Source: an uncultured Muribaculaceae bacterium (lineage in GTDB: Bacteria; Bacillota_I; Bacilli_A; RF39; UBA660). From it: DNA of 28,627 nucleotides. Shown one piece after another: positions 17,468-25,678 of this stretch. Position 1 is the first letter of the stretch. Each line of letters begins with the position of its first letter. The stretch is taken from positions 1 through 28,627 of the forward strand of contig CAZSXH010000001.1 of NCBI GenBank assembly GCA_964611015.1, written 5' to 3'. The translations under genes were made by a program, and so were the position numbers. The notes beneath the pieces are model-generated. The model was not told the origin of the DNA. It searched no databases and saw nothing but the letters and a program-made list of their open reading frames with translations.

Positions 17468-18067
17468 ATGGCAAGAATTGGTTTAAAGAATTTTAGATAT
17501 TCATTGTTAGATGAAAATGAAAAACCTCAAGAACCTAAAACATTAGGTAAGGCAATAGATTGTAAAGTATCTCTTGAATTAAATAGTGCTGAATTATATG
17601 GTGATGATGGACTTTGTGAAAGTGATTATACATTCAATAAAGGTTCTGTAACAATCACTGTTGATGATGATGATGACACTATTTTAGCACCTTTACTAGG
17701 ACATAATATTAGTGATGATGGTGAAATAGTTCGTAAAGATACAGATGTTGCACCTTACATTGCTTTTGGTAGAATCTTAACAAAAATTGTGGGTGGTGTC
17801 TATAAATATAAGGTTGAATTTTTATCAAAAGTTAAATTTAAAGATACTATGCCTGATGAAGCAACAAAAGGTGAATCTATCGAGTTTACTACTGTGTCTA
17901 TTGAGGGTTCAGTTATGCGAAAAACTGATGGTGAATGGTCTAAATCAAAAACATTTACTTCTTATAATGAGGCAAGTGCTTATTTAGATAGTTTATTAAC
18001 TAACACAGAAGTTGCTCCAGCATCATTTAGTGCAAAAAGCACTTCAAAATCAACATCAACAAATTAA
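17468..18067 (+). CDS. Major tail protein (phi13 family-like)
   Basis: MARIGLKN; AELYGDDGLCE; APYIAFG; TKGESIEF. Confidence 0.88.
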   Translation: MARIGLKNFRYSLLDENEKPQEPKTLGKAIDCKVSLELNSAELYGDDGLCESDYTFNKGSVTITVDDDDDTILAPLLGHNISDDGEIVRKDTDVAPYIAFGRILTKIVGGVYKYKVEFLSKVKFKDTMPDEATKGESIEFTTVSIEGSVMRKTDGEWSKSKTFTSYNEASAYLDSLLTNTEVAPASFSAKSTSKSTSTN

Positions 18068-18114
18068 TTAATATAAAATCTTTTCGAAGAAACAGTGAAA
18101 AAATCTGGTAGAAG

Positions 18115-18166
18115 AAAGGGTAAAGAACTAGAAAAATAACTTAATCTAGTCTTTACTCTTTTTTTT
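18115..18166 (+). terminator. Rho-independent terminator after major tail gene
   Basis: AAAGGGTAAAG-A-ACTAGA / TCTAGT-CTTTACTCTTT stem plus T-run. Confidence 0.8.
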
Positions 18167-18191
18167 GTTATTTAAAGGAGGAAAAAAGGAA

Positions 18192-18653
18192 ATGAAAGAA
18201 AAGGAAACAGTATTTACAGTTAATGGAAAAGAATATAAGGCAGTTTTTAACTTAAATGTTATGCAATCAATTCAAATTGAATATGGCACATTTACAAAAT
18301 GGGGAGAATTAACAGATGGGTATGCCTATGATGAAAATGGTGAAAGAATACTAAAACTAGATGAAAAAGGTCAACCAATTACTGAAAAAGTAGAAGATGA
18401 AAATGGCAATGAAATTGAAGTAGAAGTATTTGAAACTAGAGAAGTAGATATAAAAGCATTGATATTTGGTATTAAAGAAATGTTAAATGAAGCAATTGAT
18501 ATTGATAATGAAACTAATAATACCAACCAACCATTATTAACTGATAAGCAAGTAGGCAGGTTAATAACTGCTATGGGTATAGCAAATGCAACTAATAAAT
18601 TAAATGAAACTGTTATTGAATCAACACAGGATGATTCCCCAAAAAACGAGTAG
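18192..18653 (+). CDS. Tail assembly chaperone (gpG analogue)
   Basis: Between major tail and tape measure genes; ends at slippery A_AAA_AAC. Confidence 0.8.
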   Translation: MKEKETVFTVNGKEYKAVFNLNVMQSIQIEYGTFTKWGELTDGYAYDENGERILKLDEKGQPITEKVEDENGNEIEVEVFETREVDIKALIFGIKEMLNEAIDIDNETNNTNQPLLTDKQVGRLITAMGIANATNKLNETVIESTQDDSPKNE

Positions 18654-18871
18654 TCCACGAGGAAGAAAAGGATGAACCAATAGATTTCTCGTGGTTTTTA
18701 TTTATAGGTCATAACAAATTAGGTTATTCAGAAAAAGAAGTTTTTAGAATGACTTTAAAAAAGTTTAATCGGCAATGGGAATTGTACAAATTTTATCACG
18801 ATTTAGAAAAGAAAACTACTTATGGTGAAGTAGATAAAGAACAATCAAAAGATGATGAATGGTTAGATTAG
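18641..18871 (+). CDS. -1 frameshift extension of tail chaperone (gpGT analogue)
   Basis: Heptamer A AAA AAC 18641-18647; -1 frame open to TAG 18869-18871, reading RVVHEEEKDEPIDFSWLFFIGHNKLGYSEKEVFRMTLKKF...EWLD. Confidence 0.8.
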   Translation, partial: KKRVVHEEEKDEPIDFSWFLFIGHNKLGYSEKEVFRMTLKKFNRQWELYKFYHDLEKKTTYGEVDKEQSKDDEWLD

Positions 18872-18881
18872 GAGGTGTAAT

Positions 18882-21383
18882 ATGGCAAGTTCATTTGGTG
18901 GAACAGTAAAGTTGACAGGTGAAAGCGAATATGTAAAAGCATTAAGAAACATTAATAGCAATTTAAAAGCAGTTAGTAGCGAATTAAAATTGGCATCCAC
19001 AGAATTTGATAATAATGGGTCAAAAATAGGCGATTTAAGGACAAAAAATGATGCTTTAAATAAAAAGTTACAAGAAGAACAAAACATTGTTAAAACATGT
19101 GCAGAAGCCATTAAAAACTTTACTGAACAACAAACAAAAAACAAAAATGAAATTGATAAGTTAAAAAATTCATTAAGTAGTGAACAACAAACACTAGAAA
19201 AAATGAAAAATAGCACTACTGCAACAAGTTCTGAAATATCAAAACAAGAAAAGGTAGTTGCTGATTTAGAAAAAGAATTATCAAAGGCAGAAAGTAGTTA
19301 TGATAGTAATAATAGAAAGATAAATGATTACAAAGCCAAAATGAATACTGCTAAATCAGAATGTAGTGACTTATCGAAAAAAATTCAAGATAATAATTCA
19401 GTTTTAGATAAAGCAGGTAAAAGTTTTGATAATGATGCTAAATCGGTAAAAGACTTTGCCAAAGAAGAAGAAAATGCAGGTAAAAATACTCTTACATTAG
19501 GTGATTTGATAAAAGGTAACTTAATAAGTGAGGGAATTATTGCAGGTATTAAAGGGTTAGCAAGTGCCATGAAATCAGTTGGTTCTGCAATGTTAGATGT
19601 AGGAAAACAAGCAGTTAGTTCTTATGCTGATTACGAACAATTAGTAGGTGGTGTTGAAACATTATTTAAAGATAGTGCAGGTGTAGTAGAAAACTATACC
19701 AACAATGCTTATAAAACAGCAGGTATGTCAGCAAATGAATATATGGATACTGTTACTTCATTTAGTGCATCATTATTACAAAGTTTAAATAATGATACAG
19801 GTAAGAGTGCAGAATATGCAGATAGAGCAATTATCGATATGGCAGATAATGCAAATAAAATGGGTACATCAATGGATATGATACAGAGTGCATATCAGGG
19901 ATTTGCTAAACAAAATTATACAATGCTAGATAACCTTAAATTAGGTTATGGTGGTACTAAAACAGAAATGGAAAGATTAATTTCTGATGCCAACAGAGTT
20001 AAAGTAGCAAATGGAGAAATGGCAAATTTGTCTATTGATAGTTTCGCTGATATAACCGAAGCAATTCATATTATTCAAAATGAAATGGGTATCACAGGAA
20101 CAACTGCTAAAGAAGCAAACGAAACAATTTCAGGGTCAATTGCCTCTACTCAATCAGCATGGAAAAATCTTTTAACAGGTTTAGCAAATGGTAATGCTGA
20201 TTTATCAGGATTAATGAAAAATCTAGTTGATGGTGTTATGACAACTGCAAATAATATTATGCCAGTAGTAGAGCAAGTAGCAGATAGTATTGTAGAAATG
20301 ATACCAGAAGTATTAAATAACATAATTGCATATTTGCCTAAATTTTTAGAAACAGGAAGTTCTATATTAACAAAATTGATTACAGGTTTAACAAATAATA
20401 TGCCATCAATTATGACTGCAGTTATGCAGATAATAAACATGATTATAACAACTATTATTCAAAATTTACCTCAAATATTAAAAATGGGTATTCAAATGGT
20501 AGTATCTTTGGCTCAAGGAATAGCAGAACAATTACCAACTTTAATACCACAAATGATTGATGCAGTTGTATTAATGGTCGAAACATTATTAGATAATATC
20601 GATTTAATCATTGATGCAGGTATTCAATTATTGATGGGATTAGCCGATGGTCTAATTACTGCTTTGCCTGATTTAATAGATAAAATTCCTGAAATAATAG
20701 ATAAATTAATTGATGCTATTGTTAATAATTTACCAAAGTTAATTGAAGCAGGTATAACCTTAATAGTTAAATTAGCAGAGGGATTAATAAAAGCAATTCC
20801 AAAATTAGTTGCTAAAATTCCACAAATAATATCTTCTTTAATAAGTGGTATTGCTAGTTATTATGGCAAACTTGGAGAAATAGGTAAAAATCTATTAGGA
20901 AAAGTTAAAGATGGAATTACAAGTGGTATATCAGGTATGCTTAATATAGGTAAAAATCTTGTTCAAGGATTATGGAATGGTATCAGTAATGCTAAAGATT
21001 GGGTATTAGATAAAATTAAAGGATTTGGTAAGTCAATTGTGAATGGAATTAAAGGTATATTTGGTATTCATTCGCCATCAAGAGTATTTAGGGATGAAAT
21101 TGGTGTTAACTTGGCAAAAGGTATTGGTGTAGGATTTCAACAAGAAATGTCTGATGTAAATGATACTATACAAAGGGCTTTGCCAACTGATTTAGATTTA
21201 TCAACAAAAGTAAATTTGAATAAGCCAAATTCAATATTTTCATCAGATGGAAGTAAGAATAATCAAACTTCTAACAAAGTTGAAAATAATACTTATAATT
21301 TCTATTCTCCAAAAGATACACCAAGCGAGTATGCAAGACAAATTCGTAAAGAAAAACAATATTTAGATTTGGTAGGTGCTTAA
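18882..21383 (+). CDS. Tape measure protein
   Basis: 833 aa; coiled coil N-terminus, YEQLVGGVETLF...NYTMLDNLKLGYGGT block, helical repeats, GIHSPSRVF. Confidence 0.92.
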   Translation: MASSFGGTVKLTGESEYVKALRNINSNLKAVSSELKLASTEFDNNGSKIGDLRTKNDALNKKLQEEQNIVKTCAEAIKNFTEQQTKNKNEIDKLKNSLSSEQQTLEKMKNSTTATSSEISKQEKVVADLEKELSKAESSYDSNNRKINDYKAKMNTAKSECSDLSKKIQDNNSVLDKAGKSFDNDAKSVKDFAKEEENAGKNTLTLGDLIKGNLISEGIIAGIKGLASAMKSVGSAMLDVGKQAVSSYADYEQLVGGVETLFKDSAGVVENYTNNAYKTAGMSANEYMDTVTSFSASLLQSLNNDTGKSAEYADRAIIDMADNANKMGTSMDMIQSAYQGFAKQNYTMLDNLKLGYGGTKTEMERLISDANRVKVANGEMANLSIDSFADITEAIHIIQNEMGITGTTAKEANETISGSIASTQSAWKNLLTGLANGNADLSGLMKNLVDGVMTTANNIMPVVEQVADSIVEMIPEVLNNIIAYLPKFLETGSSILTKLITGLTNNMPSIMTAVMQIINMIITTIIQNLPQILKMGIQMVVSLAQGIAEQLPTLIPQMIDAVVLMVETLLDNIDLIIDAGIQLLMGLADGLITALPDLIDKIPEIIDKLIDAIVNNLPKLIEAGITLIVKLAEGLIKAIPKLVAKIPQIISSLISGIASYYGKLGEIGKNLLGKVKDGITSGISGMLNIGKNLVQGLWNGISNAKDWVLDKIKGFGKSIVNGIKGIFGIHSPSRVFRDEIGVNLAKGIGVGFQQEMSDVNDTIQRALPTDLDLSTKVNLNKPNSIFSSDGSKNNQTSNKVENNTYNFYSPKDTPSEYARQIRKEKQYLDLVGA

Positions 21384-21384
21384 T

Positions 21385-22245
21385 ATGTCAAAGAAAATAG
21401 TATGTGAAAATTATCTAAAAGAAAAAATAACATTTGAATATAAATTTCCATTTTTTCTTAAAAGTGTAGATGGATTGCATGAAGTATTGGGTGTAGTTGC
21501 AGGTATGAAAAGTGCATATGCAATAGGAGAAAATTATATTGGTACCAGTATAGAAAAAAGAAATATAATTATCAAGGGTGCTATTAGAGATGATGTCATC
21601 TCTAATAGACAAAAGTTATATCGTGTATTTCCTTTAAAATCAACTGGTACACTTTATTACTATGAAGATGGTTTAGAAAGAAAAATTGAATATAAGGTAG
21701 AATCAATTCAAATTGATAACAAAGGATTGCATAAACAATTTCAAATATCTTTAATTTGCCCTGACCCATATTTTACTGATTTAGAGAAAACACAACTTCA
21801 AATGGCAACATGGTCGCCTAACTTTAAATTCATATTAAAAATACCACACGATACTGGTATTAAATTTGGTGTAAAAAATACAACTTCTATGGCTACTATA
21901 CAAAATGACACTAATATAGAATTTGGAATGACTTTAACATTTACTGCAAATGATACAGTTGTCAATCCATCCTTATTTAATGTTGATTCAAGAGAAGAAA
22001 TGAAGATTGAAAAGACAATGGAAGCAGGAGATAAGATTATTGTAAATACTTATAGACAGAATAAAAATATTATTTATATACCTGCAAGTACAGGAATTGA
22101 AGAAAATATTAACAATTTAATGGTTTATGGCAGTAAGTTCTTGCAAGTACATCATGGAAGTAATACATATCGATATAATGCTGATACAGGAGTTGATAAT
22201 CTTGAAGCAGTTATCGAATATGTAAATGAATATGAGGCAGTATAA
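21385..22245 (+). CDS. Distal tail protein (Dit)
   Basis: Follows TMP; QFQISLICPDPYF; LQVHHGSNTYRY. Confidence 0.8.
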   Translation: MSKKIVCENYLKEKITFEYKFPFFLKSVDGLHEVLGVVAGMKSAYAIGENYIGTSIEKRNIIIKGAIRDDVISNRQKLYRVFPLKSTGTLYYYEDGLERKIEYKVESIQIDNKGLHKQFQISLICPDPYFTDLEKTQLQMATWSPNFKFILKIPHDTGIKFGVKNTTSMATIQNDTNIEFGMTLTFTANDTVVNPSLFNVDSREEMKIEKTMEAGDKIIVNTYRQNKNIIYIPASTGIEENINNLMVYGSKFLQVHHGSNTYRYNADTGVDNLEAVIEYVNEYEAV

Positions 22246-23291
22246 TGATAAAAGAATTTGATATTTATGTTTATACAAGAGATATAGAACTTATTGGTGT
22301 CATAGACTTTTTTAGTTCGTTAAGATGGCGAAGAAGATATTATGATTCTGGAGAATTTGAACTTCATATTCCACTTAATAATCAAACAGTAAAGTTTTTA
22401 AAGAAAGACAATCTAATTATTAGAGATGATGCCATAGAAGTTGGTATCATCGAAAGTTTTACTATTAATGATGAAAATGAAGATGGTGTTGAAGTTATTA
22501 TATATGGTAGATTTTTATCAAGTATATTAGATAGAAGAATAATCAAAACAAAAATAAATTTTAGTGGCGATATTTTGGCAGGAGAAAGAAAAATATTAAG
22601 TGAAATGTCGCCTTTTTCTAAATTAGAAATAAGTAAAACACCATTAAAGGGAGGTAATGTGGTATTCCAATCAACTTATAAAAATGTTTATGAATATTTA
22701 GTAACTTTAGCAAAAATATCAACAATAGCACACAGAATATCAGTTGATATACCAAATAAAAAATTTATTTATGAGAATTATCAAGGTTTAGATAGAACTG
22801 AAACACAATCAATTAATCCTAGATATGAGTTTAGTGAAGATAAATCAAATATCGAAGTGGCAGAATACACTTATAGTGCCAAAACAGAAAAGAATTATGT
22901 TTTAGTTGGTGGTCAAGGCGAAGATATAAATAGAATTATGGTTGAAGTTAAGAGTGGTAACTATGAAGATTTTGATTTAAGAGAAACTTTTGTAGATGCA
23001 AAATCAGAAAATCAAGGAGATTTATCACTTGCACAATACAAAGAAACTTTAAAAACAAAAGGTTCAGAAAAACTAATAGAAACAACAGAAAGTCTTGAAG
23101 TAACTGTATATGCAGATGACTATAAGAAATTATGGGATTTAGGTGATATTGTTAATGTAAAAAAAGAATCATGGGGAATTGCATTAAAACAAAGAATTAC
23201 TGAAATAGAAGAAACCATTGAAAATAATAATCAAAAGATTTATGCAACATTTGGAACACCATTTGTTGAAAATCTTGAAATTAATAATTAA
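22245..23291 (+). CDS. Baseplate hub/Tal (Sipho Gp37-like)
   Basis: SLRWRRRYYDSGEFELH; RETFVDA; WDLGDIV; RITEIEE. Confidence 0.82.
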   Translation: MIKEFDIYVYTRDIELIGVIDFFSSLRWRRRYYDSGEFELHIPLNNQTVKFLKKDNLIIRDDAIEVGIIESFTINDENEDGVEVIIYGRFLSSILDRRIIKTKINFSGDILAGERKILSEMSPFSKLEISKTPLKGGNVVFQSTYKNVYEYLVTLAKISTIAHRISVDIPNKKFIYENYQGLDRTETQSINPRYEFSEDKSNIEVAEYTYSAKTEKNYVLVGGQGEDINRIMVEVKSGNYEDFDLRETFVDAKSENQGDLSLAQYKETLKTKGSEKLIETTESLEVTVYADDYKKLWDLGDIVNVKKESWGIALKQRITEIEETIENNNQKIYATFGTPFVENLEINN

Positions 23292-23304
23292 GGAGGAATG
23301 AAAA

Positions 23305-24846
23305 ATGGAAAAATATAGTTTTTTTAATGATGTAGATGGAGATAGAGTTTATTATGCAGAAGATTTTGCAAGACATTTAGCAAAATATTTTACAAATGGT
23401 ATATTTAATAATAGTTGCCAAGTATTAGGTAATGCTGATGATATGGCAGTTAATGTTAGTGTTGGTTCTGCTAATATTAATGGTTACAGATATGATAATG
23501 ATGCAATTAAAACACTTTCAATAGAAAATGCTGATGGTGTTTTAAATCGTATTGATAATATTGTCATCAGATTAGATTTAACTAATAGAGTTATTACTGC
23601 TCAAGTTATAAAAGGAACATTTGCTAATAATCCAGTAGCACCCAATCTAGTGAGAACATCAACAACTTATGATTTAAGAATTGCAAAAGTATTTATTCCT
23701 GCAGGTACAACAGAAATAACACAAGATTTAATCGAGGATTGTAGATTTATAACAAGTGATTGTGGTGATGTTATATCTACTGTTGAAACACCTGATACAG
23801 AACAATTATTTATACAAATACAAGCATTATTTGATAAGTTTATCGCTGATAATACAGAGAGTTTTAACACTTGGTTTGAACATATTAAAGATAAATTAAC
23901 AACTGACCAAGCAGGTAACTTACAAAGTGAAATTGATGCAATGACACCTGATATAGAACAATTAAAAGATGATGTAGATGTTCTTCAAGAAAATATTTTA
24001 GATTTTGAACAATCAAGAACAATAAATGGTGATACAAAAGTTAATGTTTATAAACCTAAAAATGAAAAAGCAATTGAAAGCGAATCTATAAGAGTAGGTG
24101 ATTATAAATTAACTGATATAATTGGTAATAATAATGCAGGATTTCATAATTCGATTTTTAGAGGAAAAGATGTTACCAAATATTATAATGATGGTAGTTT
24201 ATATACTAGAATATCAAGTGGTAAATTTGAAGATTTATTTGTAGGTGATTATATAATTAAGAATAACATCACTTGGCGAATTGCAGGATTTGATGTATAC
24301 TTACATAAGGGCGACACCGAACTAACGAAGCATCATGCAATTATAGTGCCTGATAAACATTTAACAACTGCACAAATGAATAGTACAAATACAAGTGCAG
24401 GTGGTTATGTTGGAAGTGAAATGTATAAAACTGTACTTCCTAGTGTTTTATCAACTTATATCACACCTGTTTTTGGCAATCATGTTATAGAATATAGAAA
24501 TTTATTAACTAATTCTATAAATGCAACTGGATATAATAGATTTGGTACTAATAGTGGTTGTTCGAATGGTTGGGACTGGTATAGTCGTAAACTTGATTTA
24601 ATGAATGAAGTTCAATTATTTGGAAGTATTACATGGTCAAGTAGTGGATATGATATCGGAACTGATAATTGCCAATTACCATTATTTAGATTAGCACCTG
24701 AATATATTACTAATAGGTCTTATTGGTGTTGGTTAAAAGCCGTAACAACGGCTTCTGCTTTCGCTTATGTCCTCCGCAATGGTTATAGCAACAACAACAA
24801 TGCTTCTGGTGTGGGTGGTGTTCGCCCCTGCTTTTACATCGATTAA
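23305..24846 (+). CDS. Baseplate/receptor-binding protein, DGR target (C-terminal CLec-like domain)
   Basis: N-terminal YSFFNDVDGDRVYYAEDF...RIDNIVIRLD baseplate module, coiled coil, then a C-terminal domain ending YWCWL...GVRPCFYID that contains the VR. Confidence 0.88.
   Translation: MEKYSFFNDVDGDRVYYAEDFARHLAKYFTNGIFNNSCQVLGNADDMAVNVSVGSANINGYRYDNDAIKTLSIENADGVLNRIDNIVIRLDLTNRVITAQVIKGTFANNPVAPNLVRTSTTYDLRIAKVFIPAGTTEITQDLIEDCRFITSDCGDVISTVETPDTEQLFIQIQALFDKFIADNTESFNTWFEHIKDKLTTDQAGNLQSEIDAMTPDIEQLKDDVDVLQENILDFEQSRTINGDTKVNVYKPKNEKAIESESIRVGDYKLTDIIGNNNAGFHNSIFRGKDVTKYYNDGSLYTRISSGKFEDLFVGDYIIKNNITWRIAGFDVYLHKGDTELTKHHAIIVPDKHLTTAQMNSTNTSAGGYVGSEMYKTVLPSVLSTYITPVFGNHVIEYRNLLTNSINATGYNRFGTNSGCSNGWDWYSRKLDLMNEVQLFGSITWSSSGYDIGTDNCQLPLFRLAPEYITNRSYWCWLKAVTTASAFAYVLRNGYSNNNNASGVGGVRPCFYID
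24750..24830 (+). repeat. DGR variable repeat (VR)
   Basis: 81-bp copy of 25472-25552 with 6 mismatches (24766, 24772, 24773, 24775, 24776, 24784), all opposite TR adenines. Confidence 0.97.
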
Positions 24847-24883
24847 TCCTTAATCACACCCCCTTGTGGGGTGGGTTAAGGAT
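24846..24883 (+). promoter_or_regulatory. Hairpin/cruciform downstream of VR/IMH (DGR target-recognition element)
   Basis: ATCCTTAA 24846-24853 / TTAAGGAT 24876-24883 plus inner CACCCC/GGGGTG around a 5-nt loop. Confidence 0.75.
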
Positions 24884-24901
24884 ATCGAGGGAGGAACAAT
24901 A

Positions 24902-25456
24902 ATGAGTGTATTGAAAAGAAAAAGAAACATATCAAAAATGGAATTTTATCATAATGCGATAAAATTACGATTGATGATAACTGAATTTCTTTTGAAAGAT
25001 TTTGGAATAAAATCAAGAAGAAGAAATTTGGAATTTGCCAAAGAAGTATATGATATGGAAGATGAAGATATCTCTCAAATGGAAGATATTTTGTCTGCAT
25101 ATGATATCAAAAATAGTTTCATCGATAACTTTCCAACTTGGCTAATTGATAAAGAAAGAGATTATTTCATGGATTTATTGCGAGATATGATGAAAAATAT
25201 TTGTTCTGCAAATACAATTCACATCACGAATAAAGAAGAATACTATATGCGAAGAAACTATCAAACACAAGCCATTTGCAATTGCGAAAATCTTCTTCAA
25301 GAAATGCAATATATAATCTTTGTATGTCATCCAAATGTAGAGAAGTACATGAAATATGTTGATATGATTGAAAAAGAAATTGTGTTGTTAAAAGGTTGGC
25401 GAAAATCTGATAATAAAATCTTTAAGGAATTAGAAAATAAAGATAAACAAGGGTAA
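24902..25456 (+). CDS. avd: DGR accessory variability determinant (Avd-like)
   Basis: Between target gene and TR; helical; ...CENLLQEMQYI...EIVLLKGWRKSD resembles the Avd four-helix bundle; RBS gagggagg before ATG 24902; 184 aa. Confidence 0.8.
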   Translation: MSVLKRKRNISKMEFYHNAIKLRLMITEFLLKDFGIKSRRRNLEFAKEVYDMEDEDISQMEDILSAYDIKNSFIDNFPTWLIDKERDYFMDLLRDMMKNICSANTIHITNKEEYYMRRNYQTQAICNCENLLQEMQYIIFVCHPNVEKYMKYVDMIEKEIVLLKGWRKSDNKIFKELENKDKQG

Positions 25457-25471
25457 GGTTTGTAATTACTG

Positions 25472-25552
25472 GGCTTCTGCTTTCGCTAATGTCAACAACA
25501 ATGGTAATAGCAACAACAACAATGCTTCTGGTGTGGGTGGTGTTCGCCCCTG
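25472..25552 (+). repeat. DGR template repeat (TR)
   Basis: Intergenic AAC/AAT-rich copy of VR: GCT TCT GCT TTC GCT AAT GTC AAC AAC AAT GGT AAT AGC AAC AAC AAC AAT GCT TCT GGT GTG GGT GGT GTT CGC CCC TG. Confidence 0.97.
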
Positions 25553-25640
25553 ATTTTAACTCGCACAATGATTAGGTTAAGTACCGTTGCGATAATTAAA
25601 AGGAAACTTTATCCTGTCCGAAAGGCAAATAGATATTTTG
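25553..25640 (+). ncRNA. TR-RT spacer, likely structured 3' part of the DGR RNA
   Basis: TCGCA..AATG/CGTTGCGA stem (25561-25592); TG-T-CC-GAAA-GGCA GNRA hairpin (25615-25627) flanked by TATC/GATA. Confidence 0.45.
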
Positions 25641-25678
25641 ATACTTTTTGATAAGTCAATTAAAGTTAGGAACAAAAT

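Noticed and set aside
11853-17987. Nested plus-strand ORFs 11853-12062 and 17787-17987
   Set aside because: Out-of-frame inside terL and the major tail gene; no RBS or motif
24866-24901. GTG 24866 as the avd start
   Set aside because: It lies inside the post-VR hairpin with no RBS; ATG 24902 has gagggagg
25461-25472. AAT TAC TGG before the TR as a remnant of the VR segment TCT TAT TGG (internal TR deletion)
   Set aside because: Only 9 bp with one non-adenine mismatch; indistinguishable from chance without homologues
24787-25523. AAC runs as microsatellites or a CRISPR array
   Set aside because: Explained by TR/VR; no regularly spaced repeat-spacer array or cas genes anywhere in the window
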